A DNA stretch of 46,635 bases, taken from a virus. Lineage: Duplodnaviria; Caudoviricetes. A model generated the notes under the pieces. The model worked only from the letters and a program-made list of their open reading frames with translations. It did no database searches and was not told where the DNA came from. The DNA lies in the IMG/VR virus record IMGVR_UViG_3300032321_000180, positions 1 through 46,635 of that record; one strand, written 5' to 3'. This document shows positions 18,269-26,160 of the stretch, in pieces. A program made the translations under genes and the position numbers. Each line of letters opens with the position of its first letter. Position 1 is the stretch's first letter.

Positions 18269-18836
18269 TCGCTTGGCGCTTCAACTCGGCGTTCTTGATC
18301 AGCGCCTCAAGCAAGCTGTCCGCCTGCACCGACGCCTCTACCTTGAGCGGATTCTTGGGATCGCCACCCAACTGAACCTTGGTGCCGTACTTGGCAGGGT
18401 TCCAGCAAGCCAGCAGCTTCAGGCGTGTCTCAATGCGTAGCTTGCGGTGGCCCAGCATATCAGCGACCGTTGTAGTGCTGTTCTTGTCACCCATAACCTG
18501 CGTTTCACCGAAGTGCAACGTGTCGCTGATTTCGATCAACTCCTCGGCCATCGCATCGTAACCGGCCTCGCGTGCGCGTGCGACCTGTAGGGAAAGATCT
18601 GGGTCACGCGCTATCCACTCATACATCTGCGTCCAGTGCGGCATCCTGTCATCCCTGCATATCTGGCGTAGTGGCTCCCCATTGCTGAGGCGTTCGCACA
18701 TCTCTGCTGCCAGTTCTGGCGTGTACTTACTGGGGCGTCCTGTCTTCTTTGGTGTGTCAGGCAGGGTGAGTGTTGTCCCTTGCGCTGTTGGTGGCTTCTT
18801 GGGCCGTTTAGACCCCTTGGCGGTAGTTTCTGGCAT
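18261..18836 (-). CDS. terS: Terminase small subunit
   Basis: GRPSKYTPELA..MCERL..GE.LR.IC HTH, KLRIETR.KLLA...P.KYG; overlaps the terL start. Confidence 0.88.
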   Translation of the reverse strand: MPETTAKGSKRPKKPPTAQGTTLTLPDTPKKTGRPSKYTPELAAEMCERLSNGEPLRQICRDDRMPHWTQMYEWIARDPDLSLQVARAREAGYDAMAEELIEISDTLHFGETQVMGDKNSTTTVADMLGHRKLRIETRLKLLACWNPAKYGTKVQLGGDPKNPLKVEASVQADSLLEALIKNAELKRQANE

Positions 18837-18871
18837 GGTGAATCCTTATTCCTATGCGGCCAAGTGTAACT

Positions 18872-18946
18872 TGGTTGCGGAGGCTGGAGTCGCACCAGCT
18901 ATCTCATGGTTATGAGCCATGCGGGTTACTCTTTCCCCTCTCCGCG
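18872..18946 (-). tRNA. tRNA-Met(CAT), initiator-like acceptor stem, non-canonical
   Basis: Cloverleaf CGCGGAG/CTCCGCA-ACCA, anticodon arm CATGG-CTCATAA-CCATG, T arm GCTGG-TGCGACT-CCAGC, encoded CCA. Confidence 0.8.
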
Positions 18947-18952
18947 ATAAAG

Positions 18953-19210
18953 GTTGTTGGTGGCCTGCACCCATCTCAGGCTTGTCCTAGTCACGAAAGT
19001 GTGTCAATTGAAACTTAGAAGATTGGACGTTTCCGCTCAACTGATGTACACCACACTTGAGAACTCCGACTTGGCTGTCTGACTTCACCAACACGGCTGG
19101 GGACTGAATCTCATGCAACGGGCATCACCCGCTGCTCGGTTGTGAACCGACAATCCCCATGCGTGTTAGCTTCAACGCCCGTTGAACACACGTTCTTCAG
19201 GCGATGAACA
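18953..19210 (-). ncRNA. Candidate structured non-coding RNA(s) upstream of the tRNA
   Basis: No credible ORF; stems AACACG-CA-UGGGGAUUG/CAGUCCCCA-GC-CGUGUU and GUUGGUG/CACCAAC enclosing several hairpins. Confidence 0.45.
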
Positions 19211-19528
19211 TTACTTCACTATTCTCTCAAACGGCAGGTCGCCATTGATGTTGGCCGCGAACAGCAAGAACTCTACTGCCTCATCCTGCGTGCTGGCAAA
19301 TGCTATCGGGCACTTGTCATCATCGGCACCGCTCCAGTCATCAAAGCACGCCACCCAAAAGCCTGACTGGTTCTCCAGCACGATTTTATGGCTGTCGGGG
19401 GTGTAAGTCAATGTCTCTGGGTAATCGCTGATGCGCTTGATCTCTTCCTTCTCCCATTGCTGGGCACCAAGGCTGATCAGGCGGTTTGCGCTGGCTTGCA
19501 CTTGCTGGTCAAATTCTGCTTGTGTCAT
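19211..19528 (-). CDS. Hypothetical protein
   Basis: Likely start MTQAEFDQ at 19528 with AAGGA RBS. Confidence 0.6.
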   Translation of the reverse strand: MTQAEFDQQVQASANRLISLGAQQWEKEEIKRISDYPETLTYTPDSHKIVLENQSGFWVACFDDWSGADDDKCPIAFASTQDEAVEFLLFAANINGDLPFERIVK

Positions 19529-19544
19529 GGTCTTTGTCCTTTGT

Positions 19545-19949
19545 TTAGAAGCTGGGGTCAACGTAGTGGTCACGCTTGCCGAGGATGAGGCCACCAGTGG
19601 ACTTCTGGAAGCGGCCAGTGTCTTGGTTGATGTAGCCACGCACCCACTTGCCCGTCTTGCGCTCCATGCGGTAGGTGGCCGCGTGGTTGTAAATGCCGGG
19701 GACAAAGGCGTAGGTTGCACTGCCGTCATGGGTGCTACCCTTGATCACTAGCACCTCGTCATCGACCACGCAGATTTCGTAGGCCCACACTTTGCTCTTC
19801 AGTTCAGTCACGGCGGTTACGGTGGCTGCGTGGCGGTCAGTCCACGACAGGGTTGTTGCGGCCATACCGACTTCAGGGGCTGGGGCACCAATGGTCATGC
19901 GGCTGTACAGGTGGTTGACCAAGCTGCTGGTTTGAGTTCCGATGTTCAT
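19545..19949 (-). CDS. Hypothetical early protein
   Basis: P.VGM.AT...WTDRHA.TV..V ... G.R..Y.DPSF; downstream of promoter cassette 1. Confidence 0.75.
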   Translation of the reverse strand: MNIGTQTSSLVNHLYSRMTIGAPAPEVGMAATTLSWTDRHAATVTAVTELKSKVWAYEICVVDDEVLVIKGSTHDGSATYAFVPGIYNHAATYRMERKTGKWVRGYINQDTGRFQKSTGGLILGKRDHYVDPSF

Positions 19950-19952
19950 CAC

Positions 19953-20052
19953 TTTTCCTTCACTGTTACGACTGCGGGATGCTGCCGTTGATGTAATTGT
20001 ATATTAAACCAAAGGGGTTGTTACACCCCTTTTTACTAGGTGTTTACCCTAG
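19953..20052 (-). promoter_or_regulatory. Promoter cassette copy 1 (TAGGG box, operator over the -10, leader motif)
   Basis: CTAGGGTAAACACCTAG, TACAAT, CCGCAG..TAACAGTGAA shared with copies 2 and 3. Confidence 0.7.
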
Positions 20053-20628
20053 TGCCTCTTCCAACATTTTTGGGCGCTGGATCACAGTCTGCTTAACACC
20101 ATCACGCAAGCCATGTTCTTTTACGGTAGCCTTCACGGTGGCTGTATGGCCCTTGGCGGGGAAGTCATAGGACTTACCTTTGTAGATGACTACGTTCTGG
20201 TCTGCGTCTTCGCAGATGTGGATGTAGTTAGAACCATAGATGCTATCTAAAACGATGATGTGAACGGTGGTAAGGGTAAGGGTCACCTTTTGTCCTACAT
20301 CGCCCACAAAGGCGCGATTGGCGTTCAGAGCAGCCTTCTCGCTGGCCCACTCGGCCTTCTTGGCTGCACGCTGGTCAATACCCTTCAGGACGGCTTCTGA
20401 TTGTTTTGGAGTGAGCTTGCCGAAGGTGTCGAGCGCAGAGGCCATGGAACCCATGAAACCTTCTTTGTAAGACATGGTGCCATGGTCGCTGTACACACGG
20501 CCAGCCTCAGTGGCGTCAAGGATTTCAAGAGCGCGGGGAGTGTTCTCCAGCCATGTCTTGCGTGCATTCATAAGGATGTTGCGCTTGCGACCTGCTTCCC
20601 AAGCCGCTGGGTGTTCGATGTTTGCCAT
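20044..20628 (-). CDS. Hypothetical protein with probable C-terminal OB-fold
   Basis: Start MANIEHP at 20628 (AGGAG RBS); FVG.VGQK...D..QNV.IYKG...VKATVKEH..RDGVKQT..QRPK. Confidence 0.7.
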   Translation of the reverse strand: MANIEHPAAWEAGRKRNILMNARKTWLENTPRALEILDATEAGRVYSDHGTMSYKEGFMGSMASALDTFGKLTPKQSEAVLKGIDQRAAKKAEWASEKAALNANRAFVGDVGQKVTLTLTTVHIIVLDSIYGSNYIHICEDADQNVVIYKGKSYDFPAKGHTATVKATVKEHGLRDGVKQTVIQRPKMLEEALG

Positions 20629-20727
20629 ATTTCGCTCCTGATTCACTGTCCTGCGGATTGCAGTGGTGTAATTGTATATTAAACAAAGACGGCTCAACAC
20701 AAATATTTACTAGGGGTTTTCCCTAAG
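20629..20727 (-). promoter_or_regulatory. Promoter cassette copy 2
   Basis: CTTAGGGAAAACCCCTAG, GTTTAATATACAATTACAC, CACTGCAATCCGCAGGACAGTGAA. Confidence 0.7.
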
Positions 20728-21234
20728 ATCAAACATTTTTTGGATCAGCGCATCTTCCTGACGTTTTTTTACCCTCTCTACGACTTGTTCCAGTTCCAAC
20801 GCCCAAAATTGATCCTTTTCTTCTTTGCGTTTATTGGCTTCCTCCCATACGTCCCTCATGAATGGCCTGCGCTCGTATTGGCCCATCATGGAGCTTCTAC
20901 TTGGGTGAAGCATCTTGCGTATGGCTTTGGCCTCTATCTGGCGTATGCGTTCCCTTGTTACCTCAAGTACATCGCCGCAATCATCAAGCGTCATGTCCAA
21001 CCAAAATCTAAATAGCACTACCTTCTTTTCCTTTGGACTTAGGGTGTCCAAAATGGGCGGAAAGATTCTTGGCAAATCAATCGCCGCATCAATGTCCTCT
21101 GGCTCCTCGTGCATCCAAGGCGGCAGCTTGTCAAACTCTTGGCTCTTTGGCTCGTCATTACGGCTGCGCCAGAGCCTGCCCACATCTGGGTGGCAGTCGC
21201 TCAAGCGGCACTCAGTGCTTATTCTGTAAGCCAT
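20710..21234 (-). CDS. Stand-alone sigma70 region-4 (RpoD-like HTH) protein
   Basis: LDTLSPKEKKVV..RF...MTLDDCG..LEVTRERIRQIEAKAIRKMLHPSRS matches the RpoD C-terminus; no region 2. Confidence 0.85.
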   Translation of the reverse strand: MAYRISTECRLSDCHPDVGRLWRSRNDEPKSQEFDKLPPWMHEEPEDIDAAIDLPRIFPPILDTLSPKEKKVVLFRFWLDMTLDDCGDVLEVTRERIRQIEAKAIRKMLHPSRSSMMGQYERRPFMRDVWEEANKRKEEKDQFWALELEQVVERVKKRQEDALIQKMFDLRENP

Positions 21235-21379
21235 TTTGTTTGCCCGCCTTGAGGTGACTCATCAGCCTGACCAGCGCCTCCATCGTGTAGTTCGGCTCTT
21301 GGCTCTTCTTGATCCACTCCTCAATCTCGGCGAGGGTGAAGTCCCGCCCATCGTCAAAACCCTTCACATAATCGCTCAT
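21212..21379 (-). CDS. Hypothetical protein
   Basis: Start MSDYVKGFDDG with GGAGG RBS. Confidence 0.55.
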   Translation of the reverse strand: MSDYVKGFDDGRDFTLAEIEEWIKKSQEPNYTMEALVRLMSHLKAGKQNGLQNKH

Positions 21380-21543
21380 ATTTCCTCCAAGTTCAGGTAA
21401 GTGGTGATGATGTAGCCAAAGGACATACCGCCCCAAGTAAGCGCTACTTTGTGCAACAGTCCGTCTCCGCTCCAGCCAAAGATCAGGCAGACAGCGGCCA
21501 TGACGGCCACCACCATGTCGGCAATGATGGCACCTTTGTTCAT
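21376..21543 (-). CDS. Small membrane protein (55 aa)
   Basis: Own translation MNKGAIIADMVVAVMAAVCLIFGW...; ATGA overlaps at both ends. Confidence 0.5.
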   Translation of the reverse strand: MNKGAIIADMVVAVMAAVCLIFGWSGDGLLHKVALTWGGMSFGYIITTYLNLEEI

Positions 21544-21821
21544 GCTGTGTACTCCAATGCTTGCAGCTTGCTGATGCGGGTGTTGATCTCCATCACGGTC
21601 TTGTTGAAGTCGGCCATCGCCCTTTCTTTCCTAGCCTCTAATGCGGCAATCATTTGAGCCGTTGGATCGTAATTGTCTGGCACTTCAACTTCAATCTCTT
21701 GCTCACAAACAAAAGTTCGAGTGTCATCGTCATTTGCTTTAAAAGAATAAACTTGATAAGTGCCTCTATCTTCCCACTCGTATTTTTGAAAGTGAACGTA
21801 AACAGTGGTTGTGATTTTCAT
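21540..21821 (-). CDS. Hypothetical protein
   Basis: Start MKITTTV at 21821 with AAGGAG RBS. Confidence 0.65.
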   Translation of the reverse strand: MKITTTVYVHFQKYEWEDRGTYQVYSFKANDDDTRTFVCEQEIEVEVPDNYDPTAQMIAALEARKERAMADFNKTVMEINTRISKLQALEYTA

Positions 21822-21832
21822 GGTGTTCTCCT

Positions 21833-21846
21833 TGGGGCCGAAGCCC
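21833..21846 (-). other. cUUCGg hairpin immediately 5' of an RBS
   Basis: GGGGC-TTCG-GCCCC followed by AAGGAG, with no U-tract (mRNA stabiliser/processing site?). Confidence 0.45.
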
Positions 21847-21853
21847 CGGTTAA

Positions 21854-22039
21854 TTAAATTGGTGATCCCATCTCGTAGCCGTTGATCACTCGGTTGAGTC
21901 GATCCCACTTGGCTAGGTCTTCAGGCCATTGCATGGCACGCTCCAATGCAAAGCACTCCTCATCTGTCAACTCAACAATGCCCTGCTCTTTGCCATCTGG
22001 CCCGAAGGCCACGATTGCGTTGATGTACACGTTTTTCAT
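21854..22039 (-). CDS. Hypothetical protein
   Basis: 61 aa ORF with GGAG RBS. Confidence 0.55.
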   Translation of the reverse strand: MKNVYINAIVAFGPDGKEQGIVELTDEECFALERAMQWPEDLAKWDRLNRVINGYEMGSPI

Positions 22040-22050
22040 GGCTGCTCCGA

Positions 22051-22341
22051 TTAACGGCTGGTGACCTTGACCGTGAACACGGCGGTGGTCTTGGTGTGGC
22101 TGGCAATCTGCTGGGCAGTGGCACCTAGCTCGGCCAGCAGGGCTTTGTAATCAACCGATGAGCGGTTGGTCTCGCTGTAGGTAGCCTTGAAGATGGCACC
22201 CTCTACAACCTTAGCACCGCCTGCGCTGGCGCTGTCCTTGATGGCGTCCTTGATGGCGTCAGCACGGTCGGTCAGGTCTTTGATCTGGGCCAGCAGTGCG
22301 CCGAGGGTGTCTACGTCATTGAGCTTGAGATCGTTGTTCAT
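22051..22341 (-). CDS. Hypothetical early protein
   Basis: Start MNNDLKL at 22341; VD.LG.L.AQI..L...A..IK coiled coil. Confidence 0.7.
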   Translation of the reverse strand: MNNDLKLNDVDTLGALLAQIKDLTDRADAIKDAIKDSASAGGAKVVEGAIFKATYSETNRSSVDYKALLAELGATAQQIASHTKTTAVFTVKVTSR

Positions 22342-22447
22342 GTCGCTGTCTTTCACTGTTACCTGCGGATTGCAGTGATGTTAGTATAACGCCAAATTAA
22401 ACGATACAAGCCTTTTCTCAATTTATTTTCTAGGTGTTTACCCTAAG
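22342..22447 (-). promoter_or_regulatory. Promoter cassette copy 3
   Basis: CTTAGGGTAAACACCTAG, TATACT, CACTGCAATCCGCAGGTAACAGTGAA. Confidence 0.7.
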
Positions 22448-22734
22448 TTGTCCAGATTCAGCAACAGGCGGGTGTCCATGAGGAGATCTTCCTCATCAAA
22501 TCCCCAGTGCTTAAAAAATCCCTTTGTGCCAAGCCCGTGGATGCCGTCTGAGCCTCTGTGGTGTTGCGGGCACAAAGGCACTACATCCATGTGGCTAGAG
22601 CGCCTTCCAGCCCCTGTTCCAGCCCGTTTATGGTGTATTTCCGCTGGGGTGCCCTCGTACCCCATGCGCCTGCACACAGCGCAGCCCAGCTCGGCCACGC
22701 GGCTCATGTGCTTTTTCTCAGCCAGCGTGGTCAT
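22438..22734 (-). CDS. Ref-like (recombination enhancement) Zn/HNH nuclease
   Basis: VAELGCAVC...AEIHH.R.G.GAG.R.SH..V.PLCP.HHRG..GIH. Confidence 0.8.
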   Translation of the reverse strand: MTTLAEKKHMSRVAELGCAVCRRMGYEGTPAEIHHKRAGTGAGRRSSHMDVVPLCPQHHRGSDGIHGLGTKGFFKHWGFDEEDLLMDTRLLLNLDNLG

Positions 22735-22894
22735 GTTGCGCCCTTGACTTTGCGTAAGCCTCTTCCATTGCTTTTGACATTTTGTTCGTGGCCGTGACAA
22801 CACTATGCACAAATTTGTCAAATGACCAGTTCCAAGAATTGTTGCGCCTGACGGCGGTTTGCGCCACCTTGCGCCGTTTGCGAATACTGGTCAT
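22718..22894 (-). CDS. Small basic hypothetical protein (58 aa)
   Basis: Own translation MTSIRKRRKVAQ...; fills the gap, with an ATGA overlap. Confidence 0.4.
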   Translation of the reverse strand: MTSIRKRRKVAQTAVRRNNSWNWSFDKFVHSVVTATNKMSKAMEEAYAKSRAQHDHAG

Positions 22895-23358
22895 TGCTTG
22901 CCCTTGGTAAGCCCGTCTTCATGAGCCAACACAATGGCTCTTGCATAATGAACAAATGGTTGATTGCTTAACTCAGCACCAACTCCATAGTCAGCAAATA
23001 AAGCAACCTTCCATATTGCTTCGATTTCTTTGTCCGTCAGCACAACCCGTGTGCGCTGTAATGGGTGGGTGTAGAGGGTGCGAACCTCATATGGCCCATG
23101 CCCATCGTGGTGGTCGGGAATACCGTCATACCAATCAGAACAATGGGGTGATCGGAATTGATGAACCGCCAACGGCTCCTGCGCTGGCTGTGCCAATGCT
23201 GCTTGCCAACCTGCCCATGCCCAATAAGCAAAGGTGTCTTTTTCATACGGGTTAGTGCTGTCATCGTAGTCACTGTCCCACCAGTCATTAAACGCTTCGC
23301 AGCCCCATTGCTCTAGCTTGTCCAGCGCCGCTGCTTTCTTGCTTTGATAGCCTGTCAT
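22891..23358 (-). CDS. Hypothetical protein (AQPAQEP..LYT.P mosaic phage family)
   Basis: 155 aa; ALAQPAQEP, LYTHP, LTDKEI, YARAI motifs. Confidence 0.65.
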   Translation of the reverse strand: MTGYQSKKAAALDKLEQWGCEAFNDWWDSDYDDSTNPYEKDTFAYWAWAGWQAALAQPAQEPLAVHQFRSPHCSDWYDGIPDHHDGHGPYEVRTLYTHPLQRTRVVLTDKEIEAIWKVALFADYGVGAELSNQPFVHYARAIVLAHEDGLTKGKQ

Positions 23359-23573
23359 GTTTGTTTCTCCTTAAAACCGCGCCAGTATTTGTTTTGATTA
23401 GCGTCAAACTGCTTGTGGTACTCATCCCACAAGTTGTAAGAGCCACTCGACCATTTATTTCCGTTCCATGTAGCCCACATATAGCTTTCATGCGAACCCC
23501 TTCCTGTGTATTTAATCTCATACACACCCTTATTCACAGGCTTGATGTGCGGCGGGAACCACGGTGTCATCAT
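23355..23573 (-). CDS. Hypothetical protein
   Basis: TPWFP..IKPV..GVYE...W.G..W...WRG. Confidence 0.65.
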   Translation of the reverse strand: MMTPWFPPHIKPVNKGVYEIKYTGRGSHESYMWATWNGNKWSSGSYNLWDEYHKQFDANQNKYWRGFKEKQT

Positions 23574-23815
23574 ATTGTTCCCCTTGCGCGGATGGCGGCG
23601 GCACAGTCTTCAGCGTCATAAAGCACTTTGTAACGGTCTTCTTCGGGCGTGTCGAGCCACTTGTTCCAAATCGAAAAACATAATGCGGCACACTCCTCAC
23701 GCTCATGCGCTGCTACCAAGTCGGCAAACTTTTCAAGGGCTTCTTGATAGATGCCATCCAAATGAGGGCGCATTCCAATTAGTTTGCACTCTTGTGCTAG
23801 TTCAATGATGTTCAT
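23570..23815 (-). CDS. Hypothetical protein
   Basis: FA.LVAAHEREECA..C...CAAAIRARG motif. Confidence 0.65.
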   Translation of the reverse strand: MNIIELAQECKLIGMRPHLDGIYQEALEKFADLVAAHEREECAALCFSIWNKWLDTPEEDRYKVLYDAEDCAAAIRARGTI

Positions 23816-24036
23816 CACTTCCCCCATATAAGTAAAAAAGCAACCCAGCCGCACAGCACTACCGCCATCACGGTAAGCAATCCTTTAAACGTGTCGGCAA
23901 GGTCGTCTATTGGGTCGCCCAGTTGAGCATCGTTGTACCCATTGACATAGGCATCATTGATTTCTTTGATGCGTTGCTTGCGTACCGGACAGTCAGGGCC
24001 ATTGGTGCATTTTCCGTAATCGCAGCAAGTGTTCAT
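23815..24036 (-). CDS. Hypothetical protein, Cys-rich N-terminus and C-terminal TM helix
   Basis: CCDYGKCTNGPDCPVR; hydrophobic C-terminus. Confidence 0.6.
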   Translation of the reverse strand: MNTCCDYGKCTNGPDCPVRKQRIKEINDAYVNGYNDAQLGDPIDDLADTFKGLLTVMAVVLCGWVAFLLIWGK

Positions 24037-24048
24037 TTGGTTTTCTCC

Positions 24049-24282
24049 TTAAGTAATGTGAACAACAAGCGCACGTTCTTTGCCAGCGTATTGCTCGTTG
24101 GCTTTCTCGTCGGCATACAAAGTTTCATGCTCACCGTAATACCACGCTTCGTTGGCGTTCAAAGCAACTTCTTTTACATCAACACTTCCCACCTCAGTAA
24201 CCCCGCCTTCGTAGCCATCACGCACTACCATCAACTCAGGGTCAACGGCTTGCAGCTTTTCAATCAGGTCTTTGACTTTCAT
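24049..24282 (-). CDS. Hypothetical protein
   Basis: MKVKDLIEKLQ..DP...V...GYEGG. Confidence 0.65.
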   Translation of the reverse strand: MKVKDLIEKLQAVDPELMVVRDGYEGGVTEVGSVDVKEVALNANEAWYYGEHETLYADEKANEQYAGKERALVVHIT

Positions 24283-24461
24283 TTAGCACGCTCCTTAACT
24301 TGATCGTCCAATGGGTGCTTCCACCACCCGCTTATATCGTCTGCGCTCCTGTACTTCACACGCACATAAGTGTCTGTGATTAGGAACCGCTCCTGCTCTA
24401 CGTTGTCTTCCATGTTGAGTACATCTTTGTATGTCCAACCACCTTTCATTTGCAAAATCAT
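24279..24461 (-). CDS. Hypothetical protein
   Basis: 60 aa, ATGA overlaps. Confidence 0.5.
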   Translation of the reverse strand: MILQMKGGWTYKDVLNMEDNVEQERFLITDTYVRVKYRSADDISGWWKHPLDDQVKERAK

Positions 24462-24670
24462 TTGGCACGCTCCTGAAGCATGGCCTCTGCCATTGTGTAG
24501 GACTTTTCTGCCATTTCGGCGTAGGTTTCTCGAATGTTATGGACAGTTAGCCCTTGCATAGCTAATCCCGCAAAGTGGTCACGCAAGGTAATGTCCCTTG
24601 CATAGCCGCCGGTCTTGACGTGCCAGTCGGTGTATTGCTTGGCGTAGTCTGCGTCTGCTATATCTTTCAT
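24458..24670 (-). CDS. Hypothetical protein (TLRD.FAG.AMQG family)
   Basis: Start MKDIADA at 24670 with AGGAG RBS; ITLRDHFAGLAMQG...Y.MA.AML.ER. Confidence 0.7.
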   Translation of the reverse strand: MKDIADADYAKQYTDWHVKTGGYARDITLRDHFAGLAMQGLTVHNIRETYAEMAEKSYTMAEAMLQERAK

Positions 24671-24680
24671 TTGTATTCTC

Positions 24681-24830
24681 CTAATGAAGCCAAAGATAAA
24701 AACCATGCAAGATGCCAATCGGGAACAAGATGGCACCAGCCAGCAAGAAGCCCCACAAGCCCTGTGCAAAGCAAGTAAAAACGTGCGTGAACCAAGCAGC
24801 CACGCAAAGTAATCCAATTAGTGCGGGCAT
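24681..24830 (-). CDS. Small membrane protein (49 aa)
   Basis: Own translation MPALIGLLCVAAWFTHVFTCFAQGLWGFLLAGAILFPIGILHG...; GGAGG RBS. Confidence 0.55.
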   Translation of the reverse strand: MPALIGLLCVAAWFTHVFTCFAQGLWGFLLAGAILFPIGILHGFYLWLH

Positions 24831-25075
24831 TACTTGGCCTCCTTCTGTGCAGCGCGTTCTGCTTTTTTCTTTTGGTAATACTTGCGTGAGTAAGCCCTTT
24901 GTTGCGCCCTTTTATCAAGAAGTTCTTTCTCCTCCATCTTTGAGATCCAGTTTGGATCAACTCTGGGTTTTGTCAGCACACTAGCAAGCACTGACTCAAG
25001 GTTGTCTATCCTTGACTCCAAATGCAAGACGAGTGTTTCCAAATCTTGGGCTTGTTTCCATACGTTTAGTTTCAT
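24830..25075 (-). CDS. Hypothetical protein
   Basis: 81 aa coiled coil with basic C-terminus. Confidence 0.55.
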   Translation of the reverse strand: MKLNVWKQAQDLETLVLHLESRIDNLESVLASVLTKPRVDPNWISKMEEKELLDKRAQQRAYSRKYYQKKKAERAAQKEAK

Positions 25076-25401
25076 ACTGTCACCTTAAATTCTTGTCGGT
25101 TGTTTGCTTGTTCTGTACGCCAGATCTCTACGCGAAGCTCGGCTGCGGTGATGTCCCACTTGAGCTTCTCTTCGATCTCTACCGCTGCCTGTAAGCCCTT
25201 GATCAACTCCAGCATCTCTGGGTGTGCGTATGCTTCGCGTTCTTGGGCACCAATCGCTGACTCGTTGGACTTCTTCATCAAGATGGCCTTGAGGCTCTTG
25301 CGGTAATGCTCGATGTAGGTGCGCTCCGCCTTGGCTTTGGCGAACTGCTTGGCGTGTCTCAGGATGTAATCCACCGCCTCGTGAGGGTCTCGGTCTTGCA
25401 C
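25072..25401 (-). CDS. Conserved helical hypothetical protein
   Basis: AKAKA.R.Y.E.YRKS..A.LM...AQEREAYAHP...A.E.EE.L.W...W.T..AN.R. Confidence 0.7.
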   Translation of the reverse strand: MQDRDPHEAVDYILRHAKQFAKAKAERTYIEHYRKSLKAILMKKSNESAIGAQEREAYAHPEMLELIKGLQAAVEIEEKLKWDITAAELRVEIWRTEQANNRQEFKVTV

Positions 25402-25430
25402 TGTATTTCCTTTCTCTGTTTAAGTTGAAG

Positions 25431-25601
25431 TTAAAGCATATCACACTTTTTATCCCGCCTATTCTTTTCTTCAATTATTTTTTGAGCCTGCTCATAGGCC
25501 ACATAAGCTATGTCGTCTGGCTGCGCGTTCTTGGGCCTGCTCAGTAATGCCAGCATGGCAAACATCGCCACCACATCAACCCACTCTGGTTCTTGTTTCA
25601 T
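25431..25601 (-). CDS. Hypothetical protein (56 aa)
   Basis: Own translation MKQEPEWVDVVAMFAML... Confidence 0.45.
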   Translation of the reverse strand: MKQEPEWVDVVAMFAMLALLSRPKNAQPDDIAYVAYEQAQKIIEEKNRRDKKCDML

Positions 25602-25810
25602 TTGTGCTTCCCAAAAAGTGCCTCGCCAGCAGCGTCAGGGAATCTTGCCCCCCATGCAACCACTTGCTGCACATCCATGTTTTCTAAAAATCCATCGACT
25701 GAACTGATCCTGTACTCGATCTCTCCGCCATATGTCTTGATCTTTGCTATGCCAATGGTTCCCTTTAAATTGGTAAACCAAAGGCACTTCAGCGCTACGT
25801 CCTCGTTCAT
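25598..25810 (-). CDS. Hypothetical protein
   Basis: 70 aa, ATGA overlaps. Confidence 0.55.
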   Translation of the reverse strand: MNEDVALKCLWFTNLKGTIGIAKIKTYGGEIEYRISSVDGFLENMDVQQVVAWGARFPDAAGEALFGKHK

Positions 25811-26160
25811 TCCATCTCCTCAATCTTTATCTTAAGCATCCCACCAATGTTTGGTGCCCAGTAAATGCGTAAGTCTTTTATCTGCGAATCGTCCTCGTAC
25901 ACCCCGGCATGGGCCAGCGAGTCGAGCGTGGCTTTCAGGAGGTTGTCTAAATCACGCCTGCGGTTGTCTGGCCGGTGAGCCTCCACCGTAAGGCACAAAG
26001 GCCCGTCAAAGTGCTTCTGGGCACGCTGTATCAGCATCTGATCGGCCACCTCTTGCCGGTAGTCTCTGCCGTCCTTGCTGATCAGCATCCGCCCGTTGAC
26101 CATGCGCCAGTAGGTGTTGACCGACGGAGGCCACGGCAGCGTTATTTCGAGCGGATTCAT
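25807..26160 (-). CDS. rusA: RusA Holliday junction resolvase
   Basis: LPWPPSVNTYWR, PDNRRRDLDNLLKATLDSL..AGVYEDDSQI. Confidence 0.93.
   Translation of the reverse strand: MNPLEITLPWPPSVNTYWRMVNGRMLISKDGRDYRQEVADQMLIQRAQKHFDGPLCLTVEAHRPDNRRRDLDNLLKATLDSLAHAGVYEDDSQIKDLRIYWAPNIGGMLKIKIEEME

Noticed and set aside
18872-18946. tRNA as an attP/attachment site
   Set aside because: No duplicated tRNA 3' end and no integrase in the window.
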